53,521 nt of DNA from Craspedostauros australis (lineage: Eukaryota): positions 1-53,521 of the forward strand of contig JALAGF010002098.1 of the NCBI GenBank assembly GCA_030167865.1. Reading direction: 5' to 3'. Below the pieces are notes generated by a model that saw only the letters and a list, made by a program, of their open reading frames with translations, was not told the DNA's origin and did no database searches. Below are positions 48,710 to 53,521 of this stretch, one piece after another. Each line of letters starts with the position of its first letter. Within the stretch, counting starts at the first letter, position 1. Position numbers and translations under genes: made by a program.

Positions 48710-51700
48710 ATGGTGCAGAAAGGAAATCGCCGAACTGGGCGTCATGCGGCAGCCCAAGGCGAAAGCGAGTGGAAATCCACGGATCGTGAGTACTACACCG
48801 CCGCCAACAGCTTCTATGGCGGCCGCGAGAAGATGATCAAGAGCTCACCGAAGCCTTTGGGTCTGGCGGATGTCTTCGAGTTCACGCCCGACCCAGAGGT
48901 GGACGACAGCCCGAGCGAGGCCGTCATCGAGAACATGCCCACCGCGGTGGAATACCATTCGGAGGATTCCGGCGACATGATGTGGGAGGAGCGTTCCCGA
49001 GCATCGCGGTACACCACCAACTTGGATAGCATCGATGAGGCAGAGGGATTCTTGGACGAGCATGGGACACGCGGTGTCGGCGCGAGCGGATCCGAACTCG
49101 ATGACGACGACGACCGATACTCACGAATCGGCAAACTGGCGCAATCGAAGAGCGCAAATCTGCCAACTGGCACCAGCGCGGAAGCAGCCGCCGACGGTAA
49201 CGGAAGCGGCAGGCCCATGAGCCGGCAGTATTCGAGAGGCTCCAGGGGCATCGTGCCCAGCGTTTGGAGTGACAGCACGGATGACAGCCGCGGCAAGCCA
49301 CTGTGGCGCAGCATGAGCATGGATTCACGAAGGGATCAGCCCGGAACTGCTGCACCAACTGCAAGAGAACTGGCGAATGAGATGAACCTCGACCAACGCA
49401 CGCTCAGCGCGAGCAGCTCGAAAGGGCTGCGCACCGACGAGGGGCAGTCGAACGTCCATGCAACACTCCAAAATGGCCCGTCGATCATGTCCATCTCATC
49501 GTCATCTCAGGAGGTCAGCACGCTGCGAGACTCCACCCTGAACACCCGCACGCTGTCCGAGTCCTCCCAATCCACGCACTCCTCCATGTGCGATCCACCA
49601 TCCAAGATCGCCCACAAGAACGCTTCGAAGAACGGACCCGGAAGGCGTGTCGTTGGCAGCAGCAACGCGAGCAACAGCAGGATCAATCACAAGCAATCGG
49701 CAGAAGGCAGCATCGGCAACGGAATGACTTCGTCTGTTGCCATGAAATCCAGGCAATCAACCAAACCTGTTGGTGGTTCCGGTACGACATCGTCTCGCCG
49801 TTCCAGTACCAAGGGCGAAGACGCGAACCGAAGTCGTAGCCGCAGTCGCAGTCGAAGCCGCCGGCAAATACGTGGCGACAACCAAAGCCTGACCGCTGCG
49901 AACTCGAGCGCGAACTCGAAGGATCGGTACGTATCCGACAAGGACGGAGACACCATCAGCGGCAACAGCAAGCGCAGTGGGCCAAGGCTTCCGGGTGCCC
50001 TCATGTCCATGATTCGCAAGAGGAGCACGTCGGACAAAGACGAATCCGTTGCATCCGATGCACGATCACGACGCTCCAAGGCACAATCCAAGACAGGATC
50101 AAAGAGCTCAAACTCCAAACGTACGAAGGCCAGCTTCACCACCAAGATGGTCATGGCCAAGAAGGCGCACAGCAAGATGAAGCTCAACAAATCATCTTCG
50201 GCAGGTGGCAGCGAGAAGAAGTCCAGTGCCAAGACCAAGGTCGCTGGGAACACCTCGCGGCAGCAGGCAGCACCCGCAGGCAACAGCAAGGACGGCGTGG
50301 CTCGGAGTGGATCCGCCAAGCCTGAAGCGCTGACGACGACCACGGTGGACGATTCGGCGACGACAACAGCAGTCGAGATTGCGCTGTCAAATTATCATGA
50401 GAAGAAGGGACGGCAGAACCCACACCCTACCCAAGAAACGCGCTTCGGAACCCCGCACGGCAACCTCTCCTGTAGAAATGAAAGTGGTAGCGTTTCACAT
50501 GGTGATGGGTCTGTCGAGGTTGTTGCAACAGATGCAGATATTGTCATCTCGGTCGCGAGCAAGGTCAGTTCTTCCAGCAACGGCGCGCGTGGAGCAGCAG
50601 TCGTTGGCCAGCAGAAAGACCTGTCAGGCAGCAGCAACGGCAACAACAACAACAGCAACAGCATCAAGATACTATCGCCATCGTCATCGCCACCAAATGC
50701 AACAGCTTCGCTGAAGCAGAACAGCGGCGCAACGATCCCAGTGGCTGATACGAAGAAAAGGACGAAGCAGGAGGATGGAACGTACGATGATCCACAGGAG
50801 ATAGTGGGAGGAGCAGCAGCAGGGAACGCAGCAACTGTGGTGGCGCGGTCAAACTCGAAGGATGCCGTCATGGAGTACAGGGAAGCCTTTTCGCCCATCG
50901 CCAGCAACGGTGCGCCGACACCGTTCCCGAAGCGGCAGACTTCCCAAAGAAGTGCCATCGTCCTAGAAATGGCGAGCGAGGATATGATATCGCAGATCCG
51001 AGCTAACCTGTCGGGAGGATCTGCTGATGAGCATACGTACCGTGAAGATCACACCGATGCACCCACGCAGACCACCAAGTCCACCGGAATCGTGCCTGGG
51101 GACTCAACCACCACAACACACAAGACAGCCACAACAACAAGCACGGACACCAAGCCCCGCGCGGCAGGGCAGAGAGTTGCTCCTGCCGACAGTGGGACGC
51201 TGTTCGGCACACTTTACAAGCAGCACTGCGCGACTGTCGCTGCGTGCGTGAGCGCCATCGAAGGAATGGCCGAAATCGGCACGAACGAACGCTGGTCGTT
51301 CTTGGATTGGGGGATGGACGCCACAGTCAAATCGGGCGGTGCGGCCGTCGTGGCCGACATCGAAGACGACGCCGATGAAAACAATGACAGTGGTGCTGCG
51401 GAAGTCGATATTGACGATAACGATGTTGGCGACGGCCCTGCTAATGGAATTGAGGGAGATGACAACATGGTGATCCATGAGGGAGGTGGATACGACGAGA
51501 ACATGTTGTCTCCGCGTGAAGGAGATGAAGCAGCCGCCGAACCCTCCCAACAGCACGTGGGCCCGCGGAGGAATGGAGACAGCAGCGGTTCTCCTCGGGC
51601 TGTTGCAACGACGCTATCTGCTGGCGCTGGCGCAGGAGGTGCTGCCCATGCAAGACCAATCCGCAACGTCGGCAGCCAAGCCTCCAAACATTCCAGAGCA

Positions 51701-52900
51701 TCCTCGCACCGACCAAGCCCTGCGCAGATGTACATCCAATCCAGCACCAGCAGCGGCAGTGGCCCAAAGCCCATCAACAAGGCGAAGCCACACAGCATGG
51801 CGTCCTCACCACCAGTCATGGGTCCCATGGTAGCGGAGCTTGCTGCCAGGTTCTCGGCATCCAACAGCCATGACGACATGCTTCCAACACCCAACCAGCA
51901 GAACGTGCACCAAGCCACCATCAACCCTTCGAAGTCAGCATCCACACGCCGATCGAATCCTCCTCCCGTCTCCAAAACCAGAAGCAGCGGCAACACTGAA
52001 GTCATGCGTTCCAACTCGCACCACTCCCAACAACACATCCAACACCAACATTCGCGTGCATCGAAGAGATCAACATCATCCTCGGCTCTGCGGAGAGAAC
52101 AGCAGCAGCATGGTGGCCGGCAGCAGGAGCAGCAGCGCAGGTTCAATTCGGCAGAGAATGACGACAAGGAGAACCCGGTGGTCATGCATCCGCCATCGTC
52201 CACCCGGAGCAGTGTCCGTGGTGGTGGCGGTGGTGGTGGTGGTGGTGACATTGTTTCCGCTACTGATAACGATGCCGTGCTCGTCGTCGCCGAAGACGTT
52301 GTCAATGACAGACCAACGCTCATGGAAGTGAATGGCATGAACCAACGCAACAAGCAACATCATCACCAGCAGAAACATCAGCAAGGTGATGATCGTCGTG
52401 ATGCGATTCCAACCACCATCGACATCGAGCTCATCCCAACTCCACGTGATACCATCTCCATTTCCACCATCGAAATCCCATCCCAAGCCAACAAGAGCAA
52501 GGCAACCTCACGTCACCACCAGCACAGCCGTTTCCAGTACGAGGAAGATGGATCCGTGAGCATCTTGGGTCTCGAGAAGAAGTCGTCATCGAACAAGAAG
52601 ACGAACAACAACAACAACAACAATAGCAACCGCCATGGAAGTCGCCTGGACAACGAAGATGCCAACCGTCTGTTCGATCAACATTCCAAACTGCAAATCA
52701 CTCAATCCAACCACGAACAAGGGTTGATGCATCCATCTATGGAGCTGGCAACACGATCCTTGGGCAGTGGTGGTGTTGGTGGTGGCGTATCAACATCGAA
52801 CAGCAACGCCAGCGGCAACGGCAAGAAGACGAAGAAGTCCAAGTTCTTTGGCAAGTTGCTGTCTCGCAACAAGACGACCAAGAAGGAGCAGCAGCAATAG
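48710..52900 (+). CDS. Large intrinsically disordered Ser/Arg/Asn-rich hypothetical protein (~1400 aa)
   Basis: Uninterrupted ORF (open from 48251; likely start accATG at 48710), low complexity, no recognisable domain. Confidence 0.75.
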   Translation: MVQKGNRRTGRHAAAQGESEWKSTDREYYTAANSFYGGREKMIKSSPKPLGLADVFEFTPDPEVDDSPSEAVIENMPTAVEYHSEDSGDMMWEERSRASRYTTNLDSIDEAEGFLDEHGTRGVGASGSELDDDDDRYSRIGKLAQSKSANLPTGTSAEAAADGNGSGRPMSRQYSRGSRGIVPSVWSDSTDDSRGKPLWRSMSMDSRRDQPGTAAPTARELANEMNLDQRTLSASSSKGLRTDEGQSNVHATLQNGPSIMSISSSSQEVSTLRDSTLNTRTLSESSQSTHSSMCDPPSKIAHKNASKNGPGRRVVGSSNASNSRINHKQSAEGSIGNGMTSSVAMKSRQSTKPVGGSGTTSSRRSSTKGEDANRSRSRSRSRSRRQIRGDNQSLTAANSSANSKDRYVSDKDGDTISGNSKRSGPRLPGALMSMIRKRSTSDKDESVASDARSRRSKAQSKTGSKSSNSKRTKASFTTKMVMAKKAHSKMKLNKSSSAGGSEKKSSAKTKVAGNTSRQQAAPAGNSKDGVARSGSAKPEALTTTTVDDSATTTAVEIALSNYHEKKGRQNPHPTQETRFGTPHGNLSCRNESGSVSHGDGSVEVVATDADIVISVASKVSSSSNGARGAAVVGQQKDLSGSSNGNNNNSNSIKILSPSSSPPNATASLKQNSGATIPVADTKKRTKQEDGTYDDPQEIVGGAAAGNAATVVARSNSKDAVMEYREAFSPIASNGAPTPFPKRQTSQRSAIVLEMASEDMISQIRANLSGGSADEHTYREDHTDAPTQTTKSTGIVPGDSTTTTHKTATTTSTDTKPRAAGQRVAPADSGTLFGTLYKQHCATVAACVSAIEGMAEIGTNERWSFLDWGMDATVKSGGAAVVADIEDDADENNDSGAAEVDIDDNDVGDGPANGIEGDDNMVIHEGGGYDENMLSPREGDEAAAEPSQQHVGPRRNGDSSGSPRAVATTLSAGAGAGGAAHARPIRNVGSQASKHSRASSHRPSPAQMYIQSSTSSGSGPKPINKAKPHSMASSPPVMGPMVAELAARFSASNSHDDMLPTPNQQNVHQATINPSKSASTRRSNPPPVSKTRSSGNTEVMRSNSHHSQQHIQHQHSRASKRSTSSSALRREQQQHGGRQQEQQRRFNSAENDDKENPVVMHPPSSTRSSVRGGGGGGGGGDIVSATDNDAVLVVAEDVVNDRPTLMEVNGMNQRNKQHHHQQKHQQGDDRRDAIPTTIDIELIPTPRDTISISTIEIPSQANKSKATSRHHQHSRFQYEEDGSVSILGLEKKSSSNKKTNNNNNNNSNRHGSRLDNEDANRLFDQHSKLQITQSNHEQGLMHPSMELATRSLGSGGVGGGVSTSNSNASGNGKKTKKSKFFGKLLSRNKTTKKEQQQ

Positions 52901-53284
52901 CGCAATAGCAACACAACAGCAATGTGAAGATGAGGAAGAGATGCGAAGTGAAGCATGAGGCCGACGCGCACACACACAAACACACACACAAACACAAGCA
53001 AGCAAGCAACTGTTTCGAAGACACTGTATTGAATATAGATGTTAAACGAAAATGAGAGAACTATTATACTATTATATTATTGTATCGTATCGCATTGTGT
53101 TGTATTATATTTTACAAGGACGGCACTCTGGCTTACATGGTTACATACAGTTAGTATTCCGTGTCTTCTGCACGTTGTCAGGAGGATAGTCTGTCCTTCA
53201 ACCGGTTTTGACGCCGTTTGATGTTGAGGACAAAGCTGTATCAGACGATGATGTAACTGTAGTAAACTCGGAAGTAAGCTGTGA

Positions 53285-53339
53285 ANNNNNNNNNNNNNNN
53301 NNNNNNNNNNNNNNNNNNNNNNNNNNNNNNNNNNNNNNN
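53285..53339. other. Assembly gap (N run)
   Basis: Run of n characters. Confidence 0.99.
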
Positions 53340-53521
53340 GAGTAAAAAGGTGGGGTTCGTGCTGTCGTACTTCAGCCGTTCTTTGTTGCGCAGCAGCATG
53401 CCGTGGTGATCCTGCACACATACAGCTTTCCAGTATCATCACCCGTAGAGCAGTAGCTGATCCATTTACATGGATATGCTTCAAGACAGATGCATGTTCG
53501 GCAGGGTGACGAGGTGGACAG

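Overview
Gene-dense eukaryotic nuclear DNA with GT-AG introns, many microsatellites and one N gap. It is most likely from a diatom: several genes have bipartite signal-peptide + 'AF/SF-AP' plastid presequences, and there are diatom-type receptor guanylate cyclases, one fused to a phosphodiesterase. About 20 protein genes are supported. Housekeeping genes are RPS9, MnmE/GTPBP3, ArgRS, a DBP2-like DEAD-box helicase, NDUFA6, RRP4, CDC20 and mS38/COX24. Others are two receptor cyclase paralogs, several plastid-targeted proteins (SOUL, Cys-GST, an IGPS-like pseudoenzyme, an acidic protein with a NifU_C-like tail, a Cys-rich lumenal protein), FYVE-SYLF, MORN and GCK/twin-CX9C proteins, and a large disordered protein. 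The most unusual items are: an intronless Crinkler-like P-loop NTPase + PD-(D/E)xK nuclease gene between two tRNA-metabolism genes; a GST-like domain fused to ArgRS; a Mia40-like CxxC + twin-CX9C mitochondrial protein; a convergent gene pair sharing a Cx3Cx3C motif; and a structured RPS9 intron with a box C/D-like element. Exon boundaries were derived by manual translation. Family assignments rest on motif recognition only; no database searches were run.
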